Source: an uncultured Eubacteriales bacterium | GTDB taxonomy: Bacteria; Acidobacteriota; Aminicenantia; Aminicenantales; Aminicenantaceae | Direction of reading: 5' to 3' | Length of the DNA stretch: 64,000 bases | NCBI GenBank assembly: GCA_964400735.1 | Contig: CAYNVQ010000006.1 | Span: forward strand, 46,800 to 110,799 | Part shown: positions 19,456 to 29,213 of the stretch, one piece after another | Layout: every line of letters starts with the position of its first letter | How positions within the stretch are numbered: the first letter of the stretch is position 1 | The notes under the pieces: generated by a model | The model's input: only the letters and a program-made list of their open reading frames with translations | What the model was told of the DNA's origin: nothing | Database searches by the model: none | Made by a program: the position numbers and the translations under genes

Positions 19456-21546
19456 ATGAGAAAAATAACATCTTGGTTCGGCGCGATAGGGATTCTTGTT
19501 TTTGCGGTTTTATTGGGAGCGTTCTCTCAATCAGGAGAGGACCTGTTTCAGAAAGCGCTCCGGCTGGAAAGGAACGAAGGGAAACTCATTGAAGCCATCG
19601 AGCTTTACAACAGGGTGGTGGCTGAAGAGGGAAACAAGGAAATCGCTGCCCAGGCCCAACTGAGAATCGGCCTGTGCCATGAAAAGCTTGGAGAAAAAAA
19701 CACAAAACAGGCGCAGGAGGCATTCCAGAAAGTCCTCGACAATTTTCCTGGACAGATGAATGTTGTCAAAGTAGCAAAAGAAAAATTGTCAATCCTTCTG
19801 AGTGCCAAAAAAACCGCTCAAAAAGGAGCCGAAGAATTAAGCATCCGAAAGGTTATGTCACTAAGTATTCTGGGGGGGGCGTCTCCAGACGGGCGCCTGC
19901 TCTCCTATGTGGACTGGGAGACCGGTAATGGTGAACTTGCCACAATGGAGATAGCTACCGGAAAAAAAAGGCGCCTCACGCATAAGGACTCTGAGGATGA
20001 TCCTTGGCATATGGTCAGTCGTTCCATATTCTCTCCTGATGGAAAGAAACTCGCATTCACCCGATGGAAAGCCGATGATACGTTTGACTTCCGCATTATC
20101 AATGCGGATGGATCAGGACAGAGAGTTCTCTTAGACCATGAAGAAATATACTCTTTCCTGCCGAATGATTGGACAAAGGATGGGAAATATATTCTAGGGG
20201 TACTCCAAGAAATTGATAAAAAGAAAAATATCGCTTATGTATCTTCTGTTGATGGGAGTCTTCAAATCATTAAGGAGCTTGATAAAAGTTCCCCAGGAAT
20301 ATTGAGCATTTCTCCAGATGGACACTGGATCGCTTATGATTTTCCTCAGGATGAAAAATCAGATAGGCGGAATATCTTCCTTTTATCACAGGACGGAAGC
20401 CGCGAGATTCCTCTGTTAAAACACCCTTCCGATGACCGCTTGCTTGGCTGGGCCCCTGGAGGCGACTGGATTCTTTTTTCCAGCGATCGATCAGGAATCT
20501 GGGATGCTTGGATTATTCCTGTCAGTGAAGGAAAAACAAAAGGCGATCCCATTTTGGTCAAACAGGACTTTGGCCAGATGAAAGGAATAGGATTGCAGCC
20601 AATGGGATTTACTCAGGATGGTTCTTTTTACTTCGGCGATCTGGTGTGGCTGGAGAATATCTATCTGGCAGAAGTCGATATAGAAAAGATCGAAGTCTTG
20701 AAGCCACCTGAAAAAATGGCTCAACGGTTCGAAGGTTCCAATTGTGACCCGGTCTGGTCTCCTGATGGCCGGTCTCTGGCTTATCTTTCCAGACGGGAGC
20801 GTCATGGTCTGGAATCTAGCGCTATCTGTATCATGAAAATAGATTCAGGAGAGGAAATTGAGCTCTTGCCAAAGCTTAGAAATCTTGGGGGATTGAGATG
20901 GCTGCCTGATGGAAAATCCTTTATTGTTTTGGGAACGGATGAGAACGACGAGACCGGACTTTTCAGAATGGATGCCAGAACTGGTGAAATAGCTTTGGTA
21001 GTGACAGGAGATTCTGGATATCACGCTCTGAGATGTTCTCCTGACGGAAAAAAAGTCTTTTATGAAGCAGATGTTTGGAGGGAAAAGACTTTTCGTATCC
21101 TGATGTTTGACCTAGATACCCAACAAAAAAAGGAGGTTTACAGGAGCGAAGGGCAGATCCTTCGTATGGACATTTCTCCGGATGGAGAACAGCTGGTATT
21201 TTATGAGGGGATGGACAACACTATAAAGCTCATCTCCGTCGAGGGAGGACAACCAAAGAAGCTTTTGAAGATAGAAGACGGTGGTATCAATGGCGTGGCT
21301 TGGTCTCCAGGCGGGAAATATATATTGTTGTCTAAGATAATAAAAGGGGGCAAGACCGGAAAATGCGAACTGTGGCGGATTACGAGTGAAGGAGGAGAGC
21401 CCGAAAAGTTTGATCTTACAGGAGACGGCCTGATAGACTTGAATATCCATCCCGGAGGATCTCGTATTGCATTTACCCTGTGGCATGTAGATGAGGAAGT
21501 CTGGGTCATGGAGAACTTCCTGCCCAGAAACGAAAATAATAAATAG
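19456..21546 (+). CDS. Secreted TPR-like plus PD40 beta-propeller protein, module 3
   Basis: The preferred ATG at 19456 sits behind GGAGG and gives MRKITSWFGAIGILVFAVLLGAFSQ as signal peptide. The track start at 19387 is an upstream alternative. The family motif is AAQAQLRIGLCHEKLG. Repeats include SPDGK, WSPDGR and SPDGH. The C-terminus is VWVMENFLPRNENNK. Confidence 0.8.
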   Translation: MRKITSWFGAIGILVFAVLLGAFSQSGEDLFQKALRLERNEGKLIEAIELYNRVVAEEGNKEIAAQAQLRIGLCHEKLGEKNTKQAQEAFQKVLDNFPGQMNVVKVAKEKLSILLSAKKTAQKGAEELSIRKVMSLSILGGASPDGRLLSYVDWETGNGELATMEIATGKKRRLTHKDSEDDPWHMVSRSIFSPDGKKLAFTRWKADDTFDFRIINADGSGQRVLLDHEEIYSFLPNDWTKDGKYILGVLQEIDKKKNIAYVSSVDGSLQIIKELDKSSPGILSISPDGHWIAYDFPQDEKSDRRNIFLLSQDGSREIPLLKHPSDDRLLGWAPGGDWILFSSDRSGIWDAWIIPVSEGKTKGDPILVKQDFGQMKGIGLQPMGFTQDGSFYFGDLVWLENIYLAEVDIEKIEVLKPPEKMAQRFEGSNCDPVWSPDGRSLAYLSRRERHGLESSAICIMKIDSGEEIELLPKLRNLGGLRWLPDGKSFIVLGTDENDETGLFRMDARTGEIALVVTGDSGYHALRCSPDGKKVFYEADVWREKTFRILMFDLDTQQKKEVYRSEGQILRMDISPDGEQLVFYEGMDNTIKLISVEGGQPKKLLKIEDGGINGVAWSPGGKYILLSKIIKGGKTGKCELWRITSEGGEPEKFDLTGDGLIDLNIHPGGSRIAFTLWHVDEEVWVMENFLPRNENNK

Positions 21547-21631
21547 GGCATCAAAAAGCAGTAAAATCCACCTAAAATCAACCTGTTCTCAACACATATG
21601 GTATGGATTTGTACTATAATGTTAGCCGAGG

Positions 21632-23770
21632 ATGGGTTTTAGACTGAACTGGCAGCGAAGATCCACTGTTATTCTGGCCGGAGTCACTCTGGTTATTGGC
21701 TTTATATTGATCATGTTGGCTATCCGGGAGGCCGAGCGGGAAAAGCTGGCCAGGGAAACAGATTTAGCAAAAGAAAAGCAGAGATACGCCACTTTGTTTA
21801 GGGATGAGATCGACTCTCTTTTTTCAGGCATTGAAAAAGAAATAGCTACATCCATAGCCAATTCAGAAAAACAGCAAAATGTACAAAATCTGCCGGATGT
21901 CTGCCGCCAGATTGCCGCCAACCAAAACCTCATTGACGACGTTTTTCTAGCCGGTGCGAAAGGTGAATTGATATTTCCCCTCAAAGATCCTTTGTTCCTC
22001 GCATCGGAGAGGAGGCGACTTGCCGCTAAAAATCTAGGGAAAATCGAGGGTATCAGTCTTTTTAGGGCAGCGGAATCGGCCGAGCTCGCAGCCCAAAATC
22101 TGCCTCTGGCCATCGAGTCCTACAAGAATTTGCTCGATTCCGTACCGGATGATTCTTCCAGGGCCCTGGTTTTAAACCGTCTTGCCAGAACCTACCTGAA
22201 ATCGGGAAATTTGAACCAAGCCCTGAATATATACAATACGATCCTCGATAAACATGCCCATGAACTGAGCTCGGAAGGTATTCCCCTAGGGGTCATCTCC
22301 TTTTTCCAGATAGGGACTATCACCTTGAAGACCGAGCCGGAGAGGGCCGGGCAGACCATTCTGGAATTCTACTCTCACCTGATCAGCTCTGAATGGCCTT
22401 TGGATAAAGGCCAGTTTCAATTTTACCGAAATGTCATTCGAGAAATGGAGGAAACCTGGAGATCCGAAGGCGGCGCTGCCGAAGAGAACGACAATTTCCG
22501 GAACCGCTGGGAGGAGCTCGAAAAACAAGCGGATGCCAAGCTCGAAATTTTGACTGCGGGGGAAGACTTTATCGATAAGATCGTTCCCCTCGTTCAAGCC
22601 AGAGTATTCGAATTCGACAGAAATGACTCAGGATTTTCTCGCTTCTCCAAAATCATCGGAAATACCCTGTTCCTCATATCTGCCACGACTGTTCAACAGG
22701 ATATTGTCCTGGGAATCCGTATCGATGAAAACGTTCTGGTTCAAGATCGACTACCCATGATACAGGAGAGAATTCCGGTCCCTGAGGATTGGATCGTTCG
22801 GATCGTCGATCTCGCCGGCCGAGTTATCTTTGGAGAGGAAGAACCGGCATCTATGAAAGCTGATCTTGATTCAGCTTTCATCCTGGGATTCGCTCGAGAT
22901 TTTCCACCCTGGCAGATCCGCATTTTCCAGCAGTCCCCTCATTCCCTCGAGAAGCAGTACAATATGAAGCGCAATATCTATATCCTGATCGTGGCAGTGG
23001 TGATGGCAGTTTTATTCTTGGGTGGTTTTATGGCCATCAGGAGCACAGCAAAGGTGGTGGAGCTGGCCAGGTTGAAATCGGAGTTCGTCGCCACAGTCTC
23101 CCATGAGTTCAGGACTCCTCTGATGTCTATCCGGTATCTATCCGAAATGCTCGACGGGGGGCGCGTGAAAGGGGAGGACAAGAAAAAGCTTTATTACAGC
23201 AAGATCAACAAGGAAAGCGAGCGCTTGAGCCGGCTCATCGAGAATATGCTCGATTTTTCGAAAATCGAAGCCGGGATGAAGGAGTACAAGTTTGAAGATT
23301 TGTCTATCGAAGAGATGACTGAGGAAGTTTTGACCAGGTTCAAGGAATACATGACCGATAAAAAAATGACCTTGGAATGTGAGATTCAGGGTGCCCTGCC
23401 TGTCATTCACGCGGACAGAGAAGCGATCTCCAGGGCGCTGTTCAACCTGCTCGACAACGCTGTGAAATATTCGGGAAAGAATCCTGTGATTCATTTGAGA
23501 GCCTTCCGAGACGGAGAGGCTGTGTTTCTGGAAGTCCAGGACGCAGGTGCCGGAATCAGCAAGGACGACCAGAAAAAAGTGTTCGAGAAATTTTACCGTT
23601 CCTCCCACTCCGCCCCTAAAAGTGTCGAAGGAAGTGGCATCGGCCTTACCCTGGTCGACCACATCGTCAAAGCCCACGGCGGTCAGGTGATGTTGGAGAG
23701 CGATTTGGGTCAGGGGACCACGGTGACAATCAAGCTTCCGGTTTTGCCGAAAGGACAAAAAGATGACTAA
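21632..23770 (+). CDS. Sensor histidine kinase, module 4; closest paralog of HK5
   Basis: The N-terminus MGFRLNWQRRSTVILAGVTLVIGFILIMLAIREAEREK is collinear with HK5. FPPW precedes TM2, IYILIVAVVMAVLFLGGFMAI. The H-box is VSHEFRTPLMSI. GSGIGLTLV is present. Confidence 0.85.
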   Translation: MGFRLNWQRRSTVILAGVTLVIGFILIMLAIREAEREKLARETDLAKEKQRYATLFRDEIDSLFSGIEKEIATSIANSEKQQNVQNLPDVCRQIAANQNLIDDVFLAGAKGELIFPLKDPLFLASERRRLAAKNLGKIEGISLFRAAESAELAAQNLPLAIESYKNLLDSVPDDSSRALVLNRLARTYLKSGNLNQALNIYNTILDKHAHELSSEGIPLGVISFFQIGTITLKTEPERAGQTILEFYSHLISSEWPLDKGQFQFYRNVIREMEETWRSEGGAAEENDNFRNRWEELEKQADAKLEILTAGEDFIDKIVPLVQARVFEFDRNDSGFSRFSKIIGNTLFLISATTVQQDIVLGIRIDENVLVQDRLPMIQERIPVPEDWIVRIVDLAGRVIFGEEEPASMKADLDSAFILGFARDFPPWQIRIFQQSPHSLEKQYNMKRNIYILIVAVVMAVLFLGGFMAIRSTAKVVELARLKSEFVATVSHEFRTPLMSIRYLSEMLDGGRVKGEDKKKLYYSKINKESERLSRLIENMLDFSKIEAGMKEYKFEDLSIEEMTEEVLTRFKEYMTDKKMTLECEIQGALPVIHADREAISRALFNLLDNAVKYSGKNPVIHLRAFRDGEAVFLEVQDAGAGISKDDQKKVFEKFYRSSHSAPKSVEGSGIGLTLVDHIVKAHGGQVMLESDLGQGTTVTIKLPVLPKGQKDD

Positions 23771-24455
23771 CAAGATGGCTAAAATATTGATCGTCGAAGA
23801 CGACGAGACCATCCTTATGGGTTTGAAAGATGACCTGGAGTTCGAGGGATACGAAGTCGCTGTGGCTGATAATGGGAGGAGTGGATACATGATGGCTAAA
23901 AGTGGAGATTTTCAACTGATCATTCTCGATATCCTGCTTCCGGAGCTCAACGGCTTTGAAATCTGCAAAAAGCTAAGAGAGGAAGATGTGAATACCCCCA
24001 TTTTGATGCTCACCGCGGCCAGAACAGAGGAGATAGACAAGATCATGGGATTGGAGCTGGGAGCCGATGACTACGTCACAAAACCTGTGGGTTCGCGGGA
24101 GATGGTGGCCCGGGTGAAGGCCATCCTGAGACGGGCAGGGGAAGAGAGGAAGGCCGGGGGTATCTTCACATTCGGAGAGGTGTCGGTCGATTTCAGACGC
24201 CATGAGGTCCTCAGATCCGGAGAAGTTGTCCATCTCACCGCTCTGGAATTCAAGCTGCTGGAGTTCTTTATTAAAAGAAAAGGGGAGGTGGTGAGCCGGA
24301 ATGATCTTCTCGATGAGGCCTGGGGAGACGCCATCATCTCTCCGCGGACGCTCGATTCTCACATCGTCCATCTGAGGAAGAAGATTGAACCAGATCCCTC
24401 CCAGCCTCGGCACCTCGTCAGTATCAGGGGAGTCGGGTACAGATTCGAATGTTGA
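23763..24455 (+). CDS. OmpR-family response regulator, module 4
   Basis: Receiver and winged-helix domains are present, with C-terminus SIRGVGYRFEC. The start is either the ATG at 23763, which overlaps the HK4 end, or the ATG at 23775 giving MAKILIVEDD. Confidence 0.85.
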   Translation: MTNKMAKILIVEDDETILMGLKDDLEFEGYEVAVADNGRSGYMMAKSGDFQLIILDILLPELNGFEICKKLREEDVNTPILMLTAARTEEIDKIMGLELGADDYVTKPVGSREMVARVKAILRRAGEERKAGGIFTFGEVSVDFRRHEVLRSGEVVHLTALEFKLLEFFIKRKGEVVSRNDLLDEAWGDAIISPRTLDSHIVHLRKKIEPDPSQPRHLVSIRGVGYRFEC

Positions 24456-24559
24456 GAAAGGCTCCACGGAAAATCCATGCAATATCCGATCAATCGTAAC
24501 CACAAAGCGAAAAAAAAGCATTATTATCCTCCTGTAAATAAAATTAAGGGAGGAATTCG

Positions 24560-26734
24560 ATGAAAAAAATCAAAATTTCAAGGAGTTTCTTGGGAGTCCT
24601 TTTACTGGCGGTTTCGCTTGGCTTGATTCTTGCGGCAAGTGCGCAGCAGTCCGCCGAGGAAATGTATGAAGCGGCCATTTTTAAAAAAGATGCTGATGGC
24701 GACATGGCAGGCGCCATTAAGATTTTCCGCGAAATCGTGGAGCGGTTTCCAGACAACCTGGCAATCGCTGCCAAAGCGCAGCTCCAGATAGGGATCTGTT
24801 ACGAAAAATTGGGACAAAAAAACATAAAGCAGGCACAGGAAGCTTTCCAGAAGGTGATCGATAAATATCCCGCTCAATCTGATGAAGTCAAGATCGCCAG
24901 AGAAAAATTATCTGCTATCCTAAAACCCAGACAAGCGACTGATATGAAAGTTCAGGGGTTTCAAATGAATCCCATATGGTCTGATCAAAAAATGAAAAAT
25001 CTTCCCGGGAAAGGGGACGGGATCGATAACCCCCGGCCTTCGCCTGACGGTAAGTACATTGCTTTTATTGATTGGAACTCGGGTTTCGGAAATCTCTATG
25101 TTCAAGAAACGACTTCAGGAAAGATCGAATGTCTGACAGAACCCAGGCCTCCAAAAGAAAGCAAGGCCAATGTTTATGATTCAAGATGGTCTCGGGACAG
25201 CCATCTTCTGGCCTACATCTGGGAAAATGATGAGGAGAATTATGTTGATCTGTGCGTTGTCGGATTGGCAGAACCCAAACCGCGTACGCTCTACCGGGGC
25301 AGCTACGCAGAAGGTTGGATGTCACCTTTGGATTGGTCGCCGGATGGAAAAAACATTTTTGCCTTGATGGAGAAGGATGTCTTTCATTTCGCGCTCGTCC
25401 CTGTGAATGGGGGCGGCCATCACATCATCAAAACATTTGGGCCTGGAGACAATCCAGGGGGAGGACTTTTTTCTCCAGACGGACGCTATATCGCCTATGA
25501 CTCACAACAGGATAAAGAATCGATTAGTCATGATATCTGTATTTTGGCTCTCGACAGCGGAAAGGAAACGGCTGCAGCTTCCCACCCCTCGCATGACTAT
25601 CTTCTGGGCTGGGCACCAGACGGAAGCAGACTGGTGTTCGCCAGCGACCGGACAGGCACCGTGGATTGTTGGACCATACCCGTTCACAATGGCGGGCCTG
25701 CGGGAAAACCCTCTCTGGCGATAAGAAACATCGGCTTTATCGGTCCCTTGGGAATGACACGGGAGGGAACTCTGTACTTCGATAGGAATCCCGGTGGAAC
25801 CGCAATGAATATTTATACGGCGGCCTTTGATCCGGATTCAGGTAAGCCCGAATCTCCACCTGAGATCCTTCCCCTGCCTTTCGAAGGAAGAAATATTTTT
25901 CCCGACTGGTCGCCCGACGGCTCGACTCTTGCTTATATTTCCCTGAGGATGCCCCCTGGAAGGAGAATTCTCTGCCTTTATTCCACTGGTACAGGAAAGG
26001 TTCGAGAGATGCCATTCCGCCAGATGCTCAGTGATCCCAAATGGTCAGGTGACGGACGGTTTCTATTTGTTATGTCCAGAGATTCCAGTCGTATATTTCG
26101 AATCGATACGGAGACCTCAGACATTCAAACGCTCGTTGAAGGAGACGTCTATTCACCGGACATCTCTCCGGATATGAATTTTCTCTACTATTGCAGTCAG
26201 GATGAAAAGACCAAAGAGTACTTCCTCATGAGGAGGGACCTTAAAACTGGTCGCGACCAGGAAATCTACCGCAATCCTTGGGTCATATCCGACTTTGAGC
26301 TCTCGCCCGACGGCCGCAGGGTCGGCGTGATGCTTTCAGAAAATCCATATGTGCCGCCCTTTGGTGAACGTAGCAAAAATATTTTGGGAGTCATTTCCTC
26401 TTCCGGCGGGGATCTCAAAACTCTTCATGAATTCGTTCACCCGGTTGGGTCGGGTTTGGTGGCCATCGACTGGTCTCCGGACGGCCGCTATATCCTGTTT
26501 TCCAAGATTAGAACCGAGGGGTCACAGGAGGTAGGGCCACTGTCCGGACCGTGGCAGTTATGGCGGGTCCCTGCCGACGGCGGACAGGCTGAGTACTTGG
26601 GGCTTGAGTGCCGAAGATTCCGCTCTCTTTCCGTCCATCCGGATGGCCATAGGGTCGCTTTTTTCAGTCACGGAACCGAAGGTCCACAGCCGCCCAGCTT
26701 CTGGCTTGTCGAAAACTTCCTCCCCAAAAAATAA
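24560..26734 (+). CDS. Secreted TPR-like plus PD40 beta-propeller protein, module 4
   Basis: The RBS is aagggaggaattcgATG. The signal peptide is MKKIKISRSFLGVLLLAVSLGLILAASAQQ. The family motif is AKAQLQIGICYEKLG. WSPDGK, SPDGR, WAPDGS and HPDGH repeats are present. The C-terminus is FWLVENFLPKK. Confidence 0.8.
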   Translation: MKKIKISRSFLGVLLLAVSLGLILAASAQQSAEEMYEAAIFKKDADGDMAGAIKIFREIVERFPDNLAIAAKAQLQIGICYEKLGQKNIKQAQEAFQKVIDKYPAQSDEVKIAREKLSAILKPRQATDMKVQGFQMNPIWSDQKMKNLPGKGDGIDNPRPSPDGKYIAFIDWNSGFGNLYVQETTSGKIECLTEPRPPKESKANVYDSRWSRDSHLLAYIWENDEENYVDLCVVGLAEPKPRTLYRGSYAEGWMSPLDWSPDGKNIFALMEKDVFHFALVPVNGGGHHIIKTFGPGDNPGGGLFSPDGRYIAYDSQQDKESISHDICILALDSGKETAAASHPSHDYLLGWAPDGSRLVFASDRTGTVDCWTIPVHNGGPAGKPSLAIRNIGFIGPLGMTREGTLYFDRNPGGTAMNIYTAAFDPDSGKPESPPEILPLPFEGRNIFPDWSPDGSTLAYISLRMPPGRRILCLYSTGTGKVREMPFRQMLSDPKWSGDGRFLFVMSRDSSRIFRIDTETSDIQTLVEGDVYSPDISPDMNFLYYCSQDEKTKEYFLMRRDLKTGRDQEIYRNPWVISDFELSPDGRRVGVMLSENPYVPPFGERSKNILGVISSSGGDLKTLHEFVHPVGSGLVAIDWSPDGRYILFSKIRTEGSQEVGPLSGPWQLWRVPADGGQAEYLGLECRRFRSLSVHPDGHRVAFFSHGTEGPQPPSFWLVENFLPKK

Positions 26735-26848
26735 GGGGCGGTTCTGTATATGCTAATCTGGAATCTTTACGAGTTTCTATAGGAGAAATTCTTAACGCAG
26801 ACCAATGAATGGTCCTAGCTCATAGGCTCGGGGCAGGAGAATAATCAG

Positions 26849-27037
26849 CTACTTGCAGATATCGCCCCGGGTGTCTATATCGAGAATTTTGAGTGTCTCC
26901 TCCTCTTGGATATAGAGAACCCGGTGCTTCCCGGCTCTCAGCCAGTAGATGTTCTGAATGGACTGCCCTTTCATTTTGCGGATATCCCCCATGTCGGGCA
27001 GTCCCTCAATGGCCTTAATGATATTCGTTCTTACCTG
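26849..27037 (-). pseudogene. RelE/ParE-family toxin remnant: N-terminally truncated, no cognate antitoxin
   Basis: The minus-strand reading frame between two in-frame stops encodes QVRTNIIKAIEGLPDMGDIRKMKGQSIQNIYWLRAGKHRVLYIQEEETLKILDIDTRGDICK. This matches the central and C-terminal regions of RelE/ParE toxins, including the ...yrlRvGkyRviY.i....l.il.i.hR..iY pattern. No start codon or N-terminal ~25 aa is present. The locus abuts the 3' end of the Mo-hydroxylase gene. Confidence 0.5.
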
Positions 27038-27092
27038 CTACTCGAGTTTGGATAATTACTTTGGCGAGGGATGTGAACCGTCGGTTGAGTAT

Positions 27093-29213
27093 TCAGCTTA
27101 GAGCTTCCTTTATCCGGTCAGGAGACATGGGCAGCGTAAAGAGCCTTTTGCCGATGGCATCGCAGACGGCGTTGGCGATGACCGCCCCCATGGAGGTGAT
27201 AGCCGGTTCCCCGCATCCCTGGGGAGGCATTTCGGGATTGTCTACCAGCACTGTTTCTATTTGGGGTGTCCATGAAAACCGGGGGATCTCGTAGGTGTCG
27301 AAGTTATCATCCAGGATCCTGCCTTGAGAGAAGCGGATTTCTTCTGTGAAACAGTAGCCCAATCCCATCGTGATACAGCCTTCGATTTGCAGCCTTACAC
27401 CCTCCGGATTGATCACCTCACCTGTATCCTGGGCGCAAACCACGCGTTTCACCTGAACCCGGCCGCTATTCTTGTTCACAGCGACTTCGGCTATGGTGGC
27501 CAGGTATGTGCCCAGATAATCCGTGCAGGCGAGCCCGTAGCCCTTTCCGCTTGGCGCCCGCGAAAAAGCTTTCCCGAACTTTTCGGCGGCTGCCGTCAGC
27601 ACTCTTTTCATCCTCTCATCCTTTAAGTTGTGCAGCCGGAACTCCAAAGGATCCATCCCGGCCGCTTCGGCCATCACGTCGATTTGGGATTCGATGGCGA
27701 ATACGTTCGTGTTGCTTCCCGGACCGCGCCATGCTCCTGTCCCGAAGGGGTGAACGCTTCCACCTCGACCCCTTCCGCCCCATCCGCCACCCATAGATAG
27801 GACCTTGAAGTGGGGGATGTCGTAGAAAGGCTGAGAGCTTCTGTCGCCGGCGAAATAATTGTTGTACTCCCAGAAGGCGATTTTATTCGAGCCATCCAAT
27901 CCGGATTCGATGTCGATTATGGCCGCAGGCCGGAAGGTGTCGTAAAAAAATTCTTCTTTCCGGCTCCAGGCCACTTGGACCGGCTTTCCGGCTAGCTTGG
28001 CCAACCGGGCGGCCTCAACGATCTGGTATCCCTGATTTTTTCCGCCGAAACCGCAGCCCACAAAAGGTGTGATCACCCGGACTTTCTCCTGGGGAAAGCC
28101 CAGCACCTGCGCCACTTCTGATTGAGCCCGGAACGGGGATTGGGTAGAGGCCCAGACAGTGGCTTTGTTTCCCTCGATGTTGACCAAAGCCGTATGAGGT
28201 TCCGAGGGTGCGTGAGCAACATAATGGTTGTAATAGGTCTTGTCGAACGTTTTGGCCGATAGACGTTTTCCCTCTTCGATGTTCCCCTTCTCGGTCACCA
28301 CCTCTTCTTCTTGAGCCGAATCTTTGAGATGCCGGAATATGGTTCGATTGTCCAATTTCGATTTAGAGGGTTCGAATTGGGCTTTGATCAAACCCAGAGC
28401 TTTTTCGGCCACATCGGGATGTTTATGGAGGACGGCAATCAGGTCTTCGTTCTGGATGATCTTTATCCCTTCTATATCTTTGGCAGCGGATACATCCACA
28501 CTTTTGAGCGTCGCTCCATGAGCCGGAGGCCTCAATATTTTGGCGTGAAGCATTCCGGCCAAACGGATGTCTCCGGAGAATTTGGCCTCTCCGGTGACCT
28601 TCTGCCGGGCATCCATCCGGTCAGTCGGTCGGCCTGAGATGGTATGATCCCGATAGGGTTTGATAGGCGGTTTTTCTTCCAAATGGCGTTCGATCTTTTG
28701 GCCTTGGGCAAGCTGGGCATAAGTGATCTTTTTCTCCGGGTTTTGCCGATGGAAGATCACGCCTTCCTTGGAAACCAGGTTTTGTTGGTCGACTCGAAGC
28801 CTATCCGAAGCCAGTTGGATAAGAATGGCCCTCGCTTCTGCTGCAGCCTGGCGCAGGGGGGGCCCGAAATATTTCGTGCTGCGCGATCCGAAAGTCCCGC
28901 TATCATACATGCAGAGATCGGTGTCTCCCATGACCATGTCGACCTTGTCCAGGGGCACATCCAGCTCCTCGGCCAGCATCTGCGCGAGCGATGTGTGGAT
29001 GCCCTGTCCCATTTCGATCTTCCCCGTGAAACAGGACACCCGGCCATCCTCGCCTATCCGGAGATAGGCATTGAAATCCTCAGGATATCCGCGGTCCCGC
29101 CTCTGCGGTAGGAGAAGCGGGTCACCGGTGGCAAAGAATATGACGATGCCGCTGCCCACAAACTTGAGGAATTCCCGGCGGTCGAGAGTGAAACGATATT
29201 CGTCCTCTTTCAT
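27093..29213 (-). CDS. Molybdopterin-binding large subunit of a xanthine-dehydrogenase/aldehyde-oxidase-family hydroxylase, IorB/PaoC-like, with Tat signal
   Basis: The start ATG at 29213..29211 forms an ATGA overlap with the stop of the upstream (2Fe-2S) subunit. The Tat motif is DRREFLKFVGSGIVIFF. Typical family regions include GEAKFSGDI and the C-terminal Mo-binding CAQDTGEVINPEGVRLQIEGCITMGLGY. The longer track ORF reaching 29510 is an upstream extension that overlaps the small-subunit gene. Confidence 0.85.
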   Translation of the reverse strand: MKEDEYRFTLDRREFLKFVGSGIVIFFATGDPLLLPQRRDRGYPEDFNAYLRIGEDGRVSCFTGKIEMGQGIHTSLAQMLAEELDVPLDKVDMVMGDTDLCMYDSGTFGSRSTKYFGPPLRQAAAEARAILIQLASDRLRVDQQNLVSKEGVIFHRQNPEKKITYAQLAQGQKIERHLEEKPPIKPYRDHTISGRPTDRMDARQKVTGEAKFSGDIRLAGMLHAKILRPPAHGATLKSVDVSAAKDIEGIKIIQNEDLIAVLHKHPDVAEKALGLIKAQFEPSKSKLDNRTIFRHLKDSAQEEEVVTEKGNIEEGKRLSAKTFDKTYYNHYVAHAPSEPHTALVNIEGNKATVWASTQSPFRAQSEVAQVLGFPQEKVRVITPFVGCGFGGKNQGYQIVEAARLAKLAGKPVQVAWSRKEEFFYDTFRPAAIIDIESGLDGSNKIAFWEYNNYFAGDRSSQPFYDIPHFKVLSMGGGWGGRGRGGSVHPFGTGAWRGPGSNTNVFAIESQIDVMAEAAGMDPLEFRLHNLKDERMKRVLTAAAEKFGKAFSRAPSGKGYGLACTDYLGTYLATIAEVAVNKNSGRVQVKRVVCAQDTGEVINPEGVRLQIEGCITMGLGYCFTEEIRFSQGRILDDNFDTYEIPRFSWTPQIETVLVDNPEMPPQGCGEPAITSMGAVIANAVCDAIGKRLFTLPMSPDRIKEALS

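Noticed and set aside
23138-23890. 250-aa minus-strand ORF across the HK4/RR4 junction; likewise 42515..43198, 32470..33027, 23973..24521, 13807..14256, 9852..10595 and 15686..16099
   Set aside because: Antisense ORFs wholly inside well-supported kinase, regulator, receptor or propeller genes; no domain signatures; typical shadow ORFs.
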